64,000 nucleotides of DNA from a virus, in the IMG/VR virus record IMGVR_UViG_3300025913_000032, positions 5,381 to 69,380 of that record. The stretch is one strand, 5' to 3'. Below the pieces are notes generated by a model. It did not search any database and was not told where the DNA came from. It was given only the letters and a program-made list of their open reading frames with translations. This document shows, piece after piece, positions 18,609 through 28,341 of this stretch. Numbering within the stretch: the stretch's first letter is position 1; the number at the start of each line of letters is the position of its first letter. The position numbers and the translations under genes were made by a program.

Positions 18609-21600
18609 CTAGCCCTCCGCTACTTTCTTGAACACCGTGCGCATTGGCCCGTTGCTGCGAACGTCGTCAACGACGCCCACCACCACCTGCTCGTTAAACC
18701 TGCCGCCGGGTTCGGTGTGGACAAAGACGTGTAGCTCCTGGGTGAGCGACTCGCGGATGAGGTCGATGGGCCGCGGCTCGCTCGTGTCTCGCGCACTGCC
18801 GCCACCTCCTCCACGCCCGCCCGCTCCCCCACCACCAGCGGGCTGAAACAGATTGCCCGCCACCGCACGCCCCGCTAACGCCGACACCCCGCCAATTGCC
18901 GCCCACAGCCCAGCGGCAGTGAAGTGTGCGGCTGACTCAGCCGGGTTGAAGAAGAGAGTGGCGAAGCCGAGTGCCAGTTCCTTGATGGCGTTGACGGCGG
19001 CTTCGGCGGCGATTGACGCCAGCGCCTGCGCCAGAATCTTGCGCATCACCGCCGGGCCAGTGGTTCCGAGCAGCACCCAGTTGGCGACTGTCTGGCCTAT
19101 CGCATCGGCAACCTGCTGGAACATGCGGCTGAGAATCTCACCCAGCGGCACAACCGTTTGCTCAAGCTCGCGCGCAAACTGCTTGATATTCTCCGTGCCG
19201 ATCTTGATGCGTTCCAGCGGGTCGGCTTCCTTTTCATCCTTATCAGCATCAGTTTTGACTCGCCGCTTGCGAGTCTTGCTGCGCTCGTCTTCTGCTTCTT
19301 GCTGCCGCTCAAGTTCAGCCCGCTTCTGTCGCAACCGTTCCAGTGACGCGATTAATCTGTCATGTTCCTCAATCTCCTCGGTAGTGCCAACCTTCAGCCG
19401 TTCCAGCCGCTTTTCAAGGATGCGAATCTCTTCGTCGGTGGCACGCTTCTGCTCGTTAATACGCTCAGTTTCGCGGCGGTGCCGGTCGTCTTCCCGCAGT
19501 AGCTCAAGGTCACGCTCAGCGCGGATGATGTCGCGGCGACGGGCAAACGTCGCCTCCATCAGCCGGATGACTTCTTCGGCAGCGTCACGCTCGGCATCGA
19601 TGGTGTCCTGACGAATTTCCTCTAACTCTTCAGCGTAACGGCGCTCGTTCTCCAAATCACGCTGCCTGCTGGTTTCAATGTCACGCTCACCTTGCGTCTC
19701 GATTGACACGCGCTGCTCGCGGAGGATACGTAGGCGATTGTTGAGGTCCGCTTCGGCACGCAGGCGCTCGTCGGTGTCGGTAATGGTCGCAGCCGCTTTC
19801 AGCTTCGCCTTAGTCGCCTCAATCTCACTGTCGATAAGCCGCAGGCGAATAACAAGAATACGGCGGGCAGCGGCTTCCTCGCTCTGCACACGCGCCTCGG
19901 CTAATGCTTCACTTGCAGCAATGAGCCGCTCGGCACGAATGGCTTCAACCTCCAGCAACGCGTCAATCCCCGCCGACGCAATCTCCCTCTTCGTCGCAGC
20001 TTCAGCACGGGCTATCTGCTTGCGACGCTCGGCCTGCTGCTGCTCCAGTGCAGTACGGTCCGCTTCCAGTGCCTTGATTTTGTCGAGTACAACCTGACGA
20101 TCTGGGCCAATGCCAGCTAGTTGCAGTTCCTTCTTCAGTAGTTGGCCCCTTGCTACCAGCGCGGCATTCTCTATACGCTCAATTTCAGCAAGCCCCTCTT
20201 CACGTGCGCGAACACCTTCGGCAATCTCCTGTTCAATGATAGCGATCCGCGCCTGCCCGCCGCGTGTAAGGATTTCAAGCTGAGTTTGCTCATGGGTAAG
20301 CAAATCCTTCTGCTCATCGGCTCTCGACTTAGCCGTAAGTTCCTGCTGTGTCCGTCTTAGTTCCGCTTGTTTGTCAGCAATCTGCACGTCGATAGCCACG
20401 ACGGCATTGCTCAATTGCTGCTGCTTGTCGAGATCGTCCTTTGTGAGGGCCAGTTCATTTGCCCGAATGCCGCGTTCAATCTTAAGCGCGTCGATGTCAG
20501 CCTGTGTCTTCTTACGGTTGTTCAGGAGAACAGCTTGCAGTAGTTGCTCGCGGTTCGACTTACCCGCCGCAAACTCACGCTGGGCCTGCGCAATGGCGTC
20601 ATCCGCCAGCCGCTTGCGCTGAGCGAACTCAAAGATCAGCGCCCCTTGTAGCGCCTTACGCGCTCGGACTTCCTCTTCTATTTGCTGTGTGACACTCTTA
20701 CCGGGTGGAGTAATGGCAACAGGAATTTGCACGGGAGGGATTGCACCCGCCAAATCTTTGAGTAGCTGAAACGCCTTGATAATAGGCGTAATGGCAATGA
20801 GGTGGGCTTTCCATGCGACGATGATGTTGGCTACCGCAAACTTCAGAGGTACAGCGATAGATAGTGCCAGTCCTTTGACGCTTCCCTGTAAGACAGTGAA
20901 AACATCTCGGTTTTCCTCCAGCACCTTGGACATGTCCCGCAGCACGTCAAGCACCACCGGGATTGCCTTCGTGCCAAGCCCGCGCATCTGCACGTCAAGG
21001 ATGACAAGCTGGTCATTGAACTCATCAGCTATCTTCGCCTGCTCGGTTGTAACCAGTCCCAGCTTACCAAGCCGCCGGGTGATTTCATCGATGTCGCCGT
21101 TAGCCTCTTTGGCGATAGCTAGAAACGCCTTACCACCTCGCCCGAACACTTCCAGCGCCAAGGCCGTTTGCCTGAACCCGGCAGGCATCCGAGCAAGCGC
21201 GGCAATAGTCTGACGTAACGCCTGTTCTGTGTCGGCGGTTTCGACGCCAAGTTGGCGGAAGGTTTTGGCGGCTTTTGAGTTGGAGTCCTGCGCTTCTTCC
21301 AGGTGCCGCTGAAAGATACCAAGCGACTGCACCAGCCCGTCGATACTGCCGCCAGTGGTCCGCGCCACAACTTCCAGCGCACTCAATGTCTCAACACTTA
21401 CACCCGTCTGCTGGCTCAGGTCATACAACTTCCCCTGAAAGGCTGCCGCACTTTTGGCAAGGGCGAAGATTTCCTTTGCCAGCAATATGGAGCCAACTGC
21501 GAGAGCGGCAAACGCGGCAACAGCAATCCCCACCGGGCCGACCATTCCAGCAATGGCACTGGATGTCGTCGCGCTCTCAGCGGCAATAGCAGCGAGTCCT

Positions 21601-22085
21601 GCTTCTGCTTGTTGTAGTTCGGGTACAAACTTGGCAGTCCTGTTGCCAATCAGGTCTATCGACCCGCCGAAGAACTTAAACGCGGCGTCATTCTTTTTGG
21701 CTTGACCTTCGAGCTGGGTAAACTTCGCAAGGAACGCGGTGATTTGAGGGACCGACTTGCCTGATTGTGTAGCAATGGACTGGATAGACTGGGCGACGCT
21801 ATTAGCAGCCTTCTGTGCTTTGACGCTTTCGCCGCTAATCCCACGCAATCCCTCAGCAACACTGGCAAACACCCCGCCGCCGACGGGCAGTCGCCGCGTA
21901 ACGAAACTTGTGAGACTATCAGAGACACTGGCAAAGGCGCGATTAGCAACGTTAATGGTCTGCGTGAGTTCAGGGCCAAAGGACTGCTTGAGCTGGTTGA
22001 TCGCAGCGCGGCCCTCGGCAGTGGCAGTCTTCAGCCCGGAGGCGTCGCCACGTAGTCGGAACAGCAGTGAAAGGTCGTCAGCCAT
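18609..22085 (-). CDS. Tail tape measure protein
   Basis: 1158 aa, Ala/Glu/Arg-rich helical; LSQQTGVSVETLSAL and ALALEVFGRGG motifs; after tail chaperones. Confidence 0.9.
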   Translation of the reverse strand: MADDLSLLFRLRGDASGLKTATAEGRAAINQLKQSFGPELTQTINVANRAFASVSDSLTSFVTRRLPVGGGVFASVAEGLRGISGESVKAQKAANSVAQSIQSIATQSGKSVPQITAFLAKFTQLEGQAKKNDAAFKFFGGSIDLIGNRTAKFVPELQQAEAGLAAIAAESATTSSAIAGMVGPVGIAVAAFAALAVGSILLAKEIFALAKSAAAFQGKLYDLSQQTGVSVETLSALEVVARTTGGSIDGLVQSLGIFQRHLEEAQDSNSKAAKTFRQLGVETADTEQALRQTIAALARMPAGFRQTALALEVFGRGGKAFLAIAKEANGDIDEITRRLGKLGLVTTEQAKIADEFNDQLVILDVQMRGLGTKAIPVVLDVLRDMSKVLEENRDVFTVLQGSVKGLALSIAVPLKFAVANIIVAWKAHLIAITPIIKAFQLLKDLAGAIPPVQIPVAITPPGKSVTQQIEEEVRARKALQGALIFEFAQRKRLADDAIAQAQREFAAGKSNREQLLQAVLLNNRKKTQADIDALKIERGIRANELALTKDDLDKQQQLSNAVVAIDVQIADKQAELRRTQQELTAKSRADEQKDLLTHEQTQLEILTRGGQARIAIIEQEIAEGVRAREEGLAEIERIENAALVARGQLLKKELQLAGIGPDRQVVLDKIKALEADRTALEQQQAERRKQIARAEAATKREIASAGIDALLEVEAIRAERLIAASEALAEARVQSEEAAARRILVIRLRLIDSEIEATKAKLKAAATITDTDERLRAEADLNNRLRILREQRVSIETQGERDIETSRQRDLENERRYAEELEEIRQDTIDAERDAAEEVIRLMEATFARRRDIIRAERDLELLREDDRHRRETERINEQKRATDEEIRILEKRLERLKVGTTEEIEEHDRLIASLERLRQKRAELERQQEAEDERSKTRKRRVKTDADKDEKEADPLERIKIGTENIKQFARELEQTVVPLGEILSRMFQQVADAIGQTVANWVLLGTTGPAVMRKILAQALASIAAEAAVNAIKELALGFATLFFNPAESAAHFTAAGLWAAIGGVSALAGRAVAGNLFQPAGGGGAGGRGGGGGSARDTSEPRPIDLIRESLTQELHVFVHTEPGGRFNEQVVVGVVDDVRSNGPMRTVFKKVAEG

Positions 22086-22093
22086 AAACTAAC

Positions 22094-22144
22094 AATCCGC
22101 CACGATGACAGGTGCTCGTCAGCACCCACCCACCGCAGCGGATT
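22094..22144 (-). promoter_or_regulatory. Long RNA stem-loop just upstream of the TMP start
   Basis: AATCCGCTGCGGTG...CATCGTGGCGGATT enclosing GGTGCT-GACG-AGCACC; several G-U pairs form only on the minus strand. Confidence 0.6.
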
Positions 22145-22168
22145 TGCCCGCATTGGTCTAAGTTGTCT

Positions 22169-22381
22169 CTAGGACGTGGGCCTGATGCCCGACATCCAGT
22201 CCAGTAGATTAGCTAACGAACGCAAGTCATTCGCGGTCATCAGCAACTCGTGCCCCTTACGTGTGTGGGGCATGGTGAAAACCAGCTTACCATCACGGAT
22301 GTAGCCAAAGGGGAGACGGCAGCAGTCGCCGACCAGCGCCAGCCCCTTCGTACTCGATGCACGTTCTTCAACATGGGTCAT
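22169..22381 (-). CDS. Small Cys/His protein, possible Com-like translational regulator
   Basis: DCCRLPFGYIRDGKLVFTMPHTRKGH; ATGA coupling to upstream ORF. Confidence 0.45.
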   Translation of the reverse strand: MTHVEERASSTKGLALVGDCCRLPFGYIRDGKLVFTMPHTRKGHELLMTANDLRSLANLLDWMSGIRPTS

Positions 22382-22675
22382 TGCCGGACGAGGTTGCGTG
22401 GTGACTTCAGCGACGAGGATTGCGGAGATGGCGGCTTGCTCAACCCCTCGGCAATCGTGCTCAGCGCCGAGTTGGCCGACCCTGCAATCAACGCTTCAAT
22501 CAACCTTGCCTCCTTGTCTTCGTCGTAGAGCTTTAGTCGGGCAGTGGCAGCAATGTCCAGTGCCAGTGCCGCACTCTCATTGCGTACCTTCAGCAACTGC
22601 GACGTTCTCAGCCCCCCGTCCCTCGCCGTCATCGCCAGCAGCAGCAACTCCCCGTTCGTGTCCCTCGCAAAACCT
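22378..22675 (-). CDS. Tail assembly chaperone extension (GT-like), probably reached by frameshift
   Basis: Open +1 frame overlapping the chaperone 3' end at AGG TTT TGC. Confidence 0.6.
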
Positions 22676-23137
22676 ACTGAGGCCGGGAGCCTCTTTGCCC
22701 TCCTGCCGCGTGATCCACTTGAAGGCGTAACGGAAGTCACGCTCCTGCACCTTGGCGACGGGCTTGCCGTCGGCGTTCAGCAGCGACACCACCCCGGCAT
22801 CGCTATAACCGATGCGTGGTTGCAGCACATTATCCACGACAATCTGCCGGTAGAAGATGAGCAGCTCAACCGTCTCCTCCGGTGGCTGCTCCTGAATGGC
22901 TGTCTCAATCTCCTTGGTAAGGTCGCCCCCTTTCACCTTCCCCTGCTTCTGCCACGCTGCCAGCCCTTGGTTGACAAGTGACTGCGGCAGCACGCCGACA
23001 AGGGCCATCCCTTGGATGTCAGCGCGCCGCATCTTGAACCGCGCGCCGGAAGGCATTGGGACGATGGCGATTTCGTCGTCGGGTGATTCCAGCTGCGCGT
23101 AGGATTCAGCGCTGGTTACTTGTTCGATTTCACTCAT
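22577..23137 (-). CDS. Tail assembly chaperone (G-like)
   Basis: Between major tail and TMP genes; GGGAG RBS before MSEIEQ. Confidence 0.7.
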   Translation of the reverse strand: MSEIEQVTSAESYAQLESPDDEIAIVPMPSGARFKMRRADIQGMALVGVLPQSLVNQGLAAWQKQGKVKGGDLTKEIETAIQEQPPEETVELLIFYRQIVVDNVLQPRIGYSDAGVVSLLNADGKPVAKVQERDFRYAFKWITRQEGKEAPGLSRFCEGHERGVAAAGDDGEGRGAENVAVAEGTQ

Positions 23138-23141
23138 TGGT

Positions 23142-23750
23142 CTAGCTCCCCACTGCCAGTTGCTTGAACAGGATTCCGATCTGGTCCCCTGCCGGACGCG
23201 TGGTAATTGGCTCACCCTGGAACGCGAACGGTGAACCGGCCAGCGAGGTACGCGACACGCGGGCCGCAAGCCCCTGATCGTTGAACGCCTTGTACAGTTG
23301 CGCTACCCAGAACCGTGTCGGGTCTTCCTCCAGCGGCGCGATGATTGCCACTGAGGTGTAGTTCAGCACACCGGAGCCGCCAAAATGAATCCCGTCGATG
23401 CCGGGGATGGTCGAGCGCGTGGCAGTCGGCATCAGAATTTCCAGCAAGTCGAAGTCTGCGACCTGTAGAATCTCACCCGCGATTGCCACCACCTCCTGCT
23501 GCACCCGGCTAATCAACGGATACGGAGACTCATCACCGAAGAATCGTGTCACCTCCGGGCGCACCGTGACCTCCGTGCCCTCCCGCGTATAGCCGAGATG
23601 TTTAGCGTCAGGGTTCTGGGCCGAGTCCGGCGTTCCATCGGTATGGAGGATTAACCTCCCCCCAATGCCGGGAGGGGTCAAGTCCGCATAGGCTCTACCC
23701 GGACCAATAAGAACCTTAGTGTTGTCAAAGTTGTCAGGTGTTCCAGCCAA
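23142..23750 (-). CDS. Major tail tube protein
   Basis: VLIGPGRAY...HLGYTREGTEVTV motif; AGGAGG RBS, TTG start; synteny. Confidence 0.8.
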   Translation of the reverse strand: MAGTPDNFDNTKVLIGPGRAYADLTPPGIGGRLILHTDGTPDSAQNPDAKHLGYTREGTEVTVRPEVTRFFGDESPYPLISRVQQEVVAIAGEILQVADFDLLEILMPTATRSTIPGIDGIHFGGSGVLNYTSVAIIAPLEEDPTRFWVAQLYKAFNDQGLAARVSRTSLAGSPFAFQGEPITTRPAGDQIGILFKQLAVGS

Positions 23751-23762
23751 TTGCGTGTCCTC

Positions 23763-24281
23763 CTATCGTTGTTCGAAGCTGATGGTCAATTCGACGAATG
23801 ATGCCTTGAAAAATACTCCACCCTCTGAGCCAATCGGCCCATAGGCATGGTCAATCTTGATGCGCGGGCTGATGATACGTGCTGGATCGACTCCGGCAAA
23901 GTAGTCGCGCTTGATGACGCTGAATTCAGCTGCTGCCCTTAACACCGCGTCATAGGTCTTCGTGTAACGCATAATCGTTCGACTCACCGTGTCAGCGTCT
24001 GGTCCAATCACCCCAAGGTGACTTTCAATCCTCAGCGGCTGAAACACTCGCGAATCATCTGCATCCTGCTCAGTTAAGTTGCTACGCGGGTTGAGCACCA
24101 GCAGGGGAAACTCGTTACCGCGTCGTCGGCCCAGGGTTCGTTCGGCGAAATCGGGGTAGTTGTCATCGGGGTAAAAGTAGTCAAGCGCTTCCTTGAAGTC
24201 ACGAGTGACGAAGGCAAAGATGCTGTCAATGACCACCTCCTCCATGAGGGTGCCGCCTGATGGTGATGGCACCCATGTCAC
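23763..24281 (-). CDS. Tail terminator-like protein
   Basis: Synteny just before tube gene; EFPLLVL motif. Confidence 0.55.
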   Translation of the reverse strand: MTWVPSPSGGTLMEEVVIDSIFAFVTRDFKEALDYFYPDDNYPDFAERTLGRRRGNEFPLLVLNPRSNLTEQDADDSRVFQPLRIESHLGVIGPDADTVSRTIMRYTKTYDAVLRAAAEFSVIKRDYFAGVDPARIISPRIKIDHAYGPIGSEGGVFFKASFVELTISFEQR

Positions 24282-24412
24282 TCGGCTTCCTCCAATGCTC
24301 GTTGAAACACGTCAATAGCCAGCGCCAAGTCGCCAACGCTATCACCCGCCGAGCGTATCGCATCATTCAACTCGTCACTAAACGGCGTCCAGTTGGATTG
24401 CTCGTCACTCAT
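24278..24412 (-). CDS. 44-aa hypothetical protein (not in ORF track)
   Basis: MSDEQSNWTPFSDELNDAIRS..., ATGA and GTGA overlaps on both sides. Confidence 0.55.
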   Translation of the reverse strand: MSDEQSNWTPFSDELNDAIRSAGDSVGDLALAIDVFQRALEEAE

Positions 24413-24909
24413 GCTGCACGCTCCTCGACATTGAACCCGGCTTCACGCACAAACCTCACTAGCCCCGCCTGAATCGACTTCTGCAGCCTGCGCTTTTGCG
24501 TCTCGGCAAGGGAGATCGGCGGGCGGGCAGGCATCCGTCGCGTGCCACGCTGATGAGCAGTGGCGTATGGTACGCTCGTCCCGATAGTCAGCCCGTCAGC
24601 TTCAGGCCGCAGGATTGCACCGACAGCTTCAGGGTCGGTCAGCGACTGAACCAAATCGTCGTCAAACCGCAAAATAGGCTTATCAGGCCGCACTCTCTGT
24701 TTATACCTCGCATACACGTCGCTGAGTGCCGCCCACTTGCCGGACGCACCTGCCGCACCCTCACTCTCAAACTGCTCTGCTTCAATCAGGTAAAACTCGC
24801 GGATGACTTCGGGCCAAAGCGGGCGCAGGTCGCTGAGGGAGTCGATGCGGTTGAACGCACGGTTAAAGACTTCCTCGCCCAGTACCTCTGCTCGTAGTCG
24901 GAATGGCAT
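24409..24909 (-). CDS. Virion morphogenesis / tail completion protein
   Basis: KWAALS..Y...IGTSVPYATAHQRGTRRMPARP motif (Mu gpG / P2 gpS-like). Confidence 0.8.
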   Translation of the reverse strand: MPFRLRAEVLGEEVFNRAFNRIDSLSDLRPLWPEVIREFYLIEAEQFESEGAAGASGKWAALSDVYARYKQRVRPDKPILRFDDDLVQSLTDPEAVGAILRPEADGLTIGTSVPYATAHQRGTRRMPARPPISLAETQKRRLQKSIQAGLVRFVREAGFNVEERAA

Positions 24910-25520
24910 CAGACCAGCACTGCCTCCCTTCGTCGATAGAGTTCTACGATGGCCCAGACTCGTGGCGGCAGTTTCTCTCGGAGGACCAGTCCCTCGGTGT
25001 TAATCAACTTCACCGACGCCGGGTCAGTCTCCCGCAGCAGGTTGATGGTCAACTCGATGACGGCAAGCTTCACATCCGCCGGTGTTGCCGCATATCCCCA
25101 CTTCGCCATGACTGTAATCGGCACCCCCGCCCACCACCCTGCACCAATCCGCCACCATGACGGAAACGGAGGCCACTGGTGCAGTAGCGAGTTGTCGCTA
25201 GTCGTCAGCACCAGATAGCCATCACGCTCGATGAAGGTCGGGGCTGTGTAGCCGTCGGGTACGGTGATGGCCGCCACTAGCGTCCCAGCGACATATGCAT
25301 CCAGCCGCAGGAAGTTGGTGCCGTCGCCGTAGAAGGTGCGTGGCGTAGTCGTCGCTCCGGCTGGTTCAAAGAACTGCGGTGGTACGCCGACTGCTAAATC
25401 AAAGAATCTGCTCGCCCGCTCAATCAGCTTCGTCAGGTAGTCGGTGGTCGCGGCCACTGGGCCGGACGCTGAAATCTGCGTGCCCGCTTCGATGACTTCC
25501 GCTGGAGTGCAATAGACCAT
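24909..25520 (-). CDS. Head-tail adaptor protein
   Basis: YCTPAEV..LIERASRFFD..WGYAATPADVKLAVIEL. Confidence 0.8.
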   Translation of the reverse strand: MVYCTPAEVIEAGTQISASGPVAATTDYLTKLIERASRFFDLAVGVPPQFFEPAGATTTPRTFYGDGTNFLRLDAYVAGTLVAAITVPDGYTAPTFIERDGYLVLTTSDNSLLHQWPPFPSWWRIGAGWWAGVPITVMAKWGYAATPADVKLAVIELTINLLRETDPASVKLINTEGLVLREKLPPRVWAIVELYRRREAVLV

Positions 25521-25523
25521 TGG

Positions 25524-26900
25524 TTATGCGGCCCTTGCTTTGCCGCTTTTGTTCTCCTTCGGGCCGGTCAGCGCCTTGTTCTCCGCTGGTCCATCAACCA
25601 TCTTGCCGACTTCGACGATACGCGACTGCTCGCCTATCCAGCCCTGTTCGATGGCGAGGTCCATCGGCACCTTTGTGCCAACTCCGGCGAACTGGAATGC
25701 CGCACCGGGCGGAATACGCCCGCGCTCCAGCTCAGCCCTGTAGCTGCCATCTTTCATCTTCCAGATAACCCGATCACTAATCCAGATGTTCATGTCCTTT
25801 GCCTCATGGTCCATGTGCCACTTGTCAGCGGTGGCGATTAGCGCCGCTTCCAGCCGGTCGAACTCAACCTCCGGTTGCAGCGACTCAGCCAGCGCCAGCG
25901 CCGCGCCTGCCCGCTGCTGGTAGTAAACGTCATCGGTGTAGAGCCGATCAACTTCCTTCTCCCACGCATCCACATCATTACGGTCACAGAAGATTGCTGC
26001 GTTGCCGAATGCTTCACGCAGCCCCTCAGTCGGGTGCGCGATGGTGGGGATGCCTGCGCACGCGGCTTCTACACCCACCCGTCCATACGACTCATAATCC
26101 GACGGCATCAACAGCACACGCGTGCGGCGAAAGACGTTGCGGATATCAGGGTCACGACGCAAGTGCGTGACGTTGGGCAGCCCATAGCAGTTCTGCTCAT
26201 CACCTTTGTCGTCGTAAAACGGATGATGGCGGCGTTCGACTGGCACGGTCACCCGATGCGAGTCACGGCTGGGACAGCAGTCCTGATGGTTGTAGCCGCC
26301 TTGCGCGGTGATGAATTGCAAGTTAGGGAAGCGCTGAGCCAACTCGTAGAACACCGCTGACCCTTTCGTAGTAGTCGGGTTGACCAGCGTCACCCCACCC
26401 CCACGCTCGCAGGTGTAGCGATGCGGCTCAACGACTGGATGGACCACGATTGACGGCCCCGGCCATAGGGTTAACTCATCAGGATTGCGATAGGTCCAGT
26501 CCTTTTCAAGGTCGGCAATCCACTGGGAGTTGAAGACGACCAGCTGAGCCTTCAGCGGGATCACGCGCCAGAACTCTAACTGCGCGCCATTGTGGACGAA
26601 GTGGACGAGGGGTTTGTGTGTGTTAAGTGCCAGTTGCATAGCCAGGCTGGTTAGGTCAAGGTGCGTGACGAGCAGGTCGGCGTCAGCCACAAAGCTACGT
26701 AGCCAGTTCTGTTGATTGCGGCGCGGAGGCCGTACCACCTCAATACCACTGTCGGTGTACGGTGCAACAACACTGCGGTCACAAATCACCTGTACCTGAT
26801 GGCCACGCCGCACCATCGCAGCCAGCGCCGCATGGACTGTCGTCTCCGAACCAGCGCAATGCTCGGGAAAGAAAAGGTGAAAGTAGCCGACTATCTTCAT
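25524..26900 (-). CDS. GT4 (GT-B) glycosyltransferase with C-terminal fused small head-associated-like domain
   Basis: AGSE N-terminal motif; LLMPSDYESYGRVGVEAACAGIPTIA (EX7E); internal RBS-like sequence and ATG at 25793. Confidence 0.85.
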   Translation of the reverse strand: MKIVGYFHLFFPEHCAGSETTVHAALAAMVRRGHQVQVICDRSVVAPYTDSGIEVVRPPRRNQQNWLRSFVADADLLVTHLDLTSLAMQLALNTHKPLVHFVHNGAQLEFWRVIPLKAQLVVFNSQWIADLEKDWTYRNPDELTLWPGPSIVVHPVVEPHRYTCERGGGVTLVNPTTTKGSAVFYELAQRFPNLQFITAQGGYNHQDCCPSRDSHRVTVPVERRHHPFYDDKGDEQNCYGLPNVTHLRRDPDIRNVFRRTRVLLMPSDYESYGRVGVEAACAGIPTIAHPTEGLREAFGNAAIFCDRNDVDAWEKEVDRLYTDDVYYQQRAGAALALAESLQPEVEFDRLEAALIATADKWHMDHEAKDMNIWISDRVIWKMKDGSYRAELERGRIPPGAAFQFAGVGTKVPMDLAIEQGWIGEQSRIVEVGKMVDGPAENKALTGPKENKSGKARAA

Positions 26901-26914
26901 CGTCTATGCTTGGT

Positions 26915-26962
26915 GCGGCGGCTTCCCCGAAGAAAGGCAATTCCGGCAAGGAGAGCCGCCGC
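26915..26962. terminator. Stem-loop after the capsid gene
   Basis: GCGGCGGCT...AGCCGCCGC inverted repeat. Confidence 0.5.
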
Positions 26963-27000
26963 TTTCAATCGCGAACGTTGTGCGCCGCGAAAGGTGTCAA

Positions 27001-28341
27001 CTAGCTATTCGCCCCAGCGTGCAGGTCGATCTTCACCACTGCGGGCGGTCGCAACACTCCGAACGCCCAGCGACCCTCATAGAGAATGTCGATGATATTG
27101 CGTTCGAAGTGGTCACGGTTTGAGTCGGTGATGTAGACCGTCGGGTCCTGGCGGTCCCAGACGACCAACTGTTTCAAGTCGCCGGTGTAGCCGGTGCCCT
27201 GCGGGATGACCTCAGACTCGATCACCGGCAGACCCCAGAGCATCTTTGTGCCCATCTGCATTGGGCCACCGAAGTAGAATTGGCCCTGCGCTCCACGCGC
27301 TAGGTCAATGGTTTCCCAATCATACGGGTTGAGCAGGAAGCCGGTAGAGCGAGCGCGACCTACAATAAGCGCGGCGGTGCGGGCTTTGCGCGTCGTGGTC
27401 AACATCCCACCAGTGGTGTCCTCGGAGTCGGCAACAAACGGCTGCGGCGTCAGGTTGGGCGTGTTCTCCAGCCCGGTAAAGTGGTTCGCGCCACCCGGAC
27501 CGGCGATAATCTCCTCTTCCAGTTCAAGGTCGATGTCCTTACGCGTAAACTCGGTCATCATTGACTGGAGTTGCGGGAAGTCGGAGAGGATTGTGCGCGT
27601 CGCGTTCATGATGACGGCGATGGTCTTCACTGCCGTCTGTATCACCTCCAGCGCCATGCTGGCTTTCGGTTTGAGCGCGTTGTCGTCGGTGAGCGAAGTT
27701 GCCTCAGGGACGATTGCCGCCGCGCGATTCAGCGCGTTGACCCGGACATACTCGATGAGATTCGACCCTGTTTGCAGGATGGTAATCACGTCGCGGATGG
27801 ATGGTTGGCGCAACGGCAGGTCAATCGGCCACGGGCCGTAGTCGCGTCGCACCAGCGAGCCTCCTGCCGACCCCGGCACGGTCATCACTAGCGTGTCTTT
27901 GAACGAGAGATCGCCCAGTCCCACGTCCTTCAGCGCGATAGTCGGTGAACGCCCAAACCGCACCGACGCATTCATCTCCTTGCCTTCAGGGGCAATTTGT
28001 TCGCGCCACGACTTGAACTCCGGGGCGCTGAAAATCAGCTCACCGGTGGACTTCAACTCCGGCTGCACGCCGCTGTAGCCGTTGCCGCCGCCGGGAAAGT
28101 CAGGTCGATGGCCCGGTTGTTTAAGGAAGTCGTCAATAGCCTTCAGACGCTTGCCGCGATCCTCAGTCTTGGTTTCCTCGTCAACTTCGGCCTTCAGGTC
28201 TTCGATGGACTTCCAGCGGGTGTCAAGTTCCTTCTGCTGTTCAGCGGTAGGTTTCTCATCACCCTGCTTCTCCCAGAACGCTTTCTCTTCATCCGCCAGC
28301 GCTCTGAGCCGTTCCTTGGCGGTCTTCTCTTTTTCAGCCAT
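27001..28341 (-). CDS. Major capsid protein, HK97 fold
   Basis: Coiled-coil delta domain; EEEIIAGPG; LNPYDWETI; LWGLPVIESEVIP; FGVLRPPAVV. Confidence 0.95.
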   Translation of the reverse strand: MAEKEKTAKERLRALADEEKAFWEKQGDEKPTAEQQKELDTRWKSIEDLKAEVDEETKTEDRGKRLKAIDDFLKQPGHRPDFPGGGNGYSGVQPELKSTGELIFSAPEFKSWREQIAPEGKEMNASVRFGRSPTIALKDVGLGDLSFKDTLVMTVPGSAGGSLVRRDYGPWPIDLPLRQPSIRDVITILQTGSNLIEYVRVNALNRAAAIVPEATSLTDDNALKPKASMALEVIQTAVKTIAVIMNATRTILSDFPQLQSMMTEFTRKDIDLELEEEIIAGPGGANHFTGLENTPNLTPQPFVADSEDTTGGMLTTTRKARTAALIVGRARSTGFLLNPYDWETIDLARGAQGQFYFGGPMQMGTKMLWGLPVIESEVIPQGTGYTGDLKQLVVWDRQDPTVYITDSNRDHFERNIIDILYEGRWAFGVLRPPAVVKIDLHAGANS

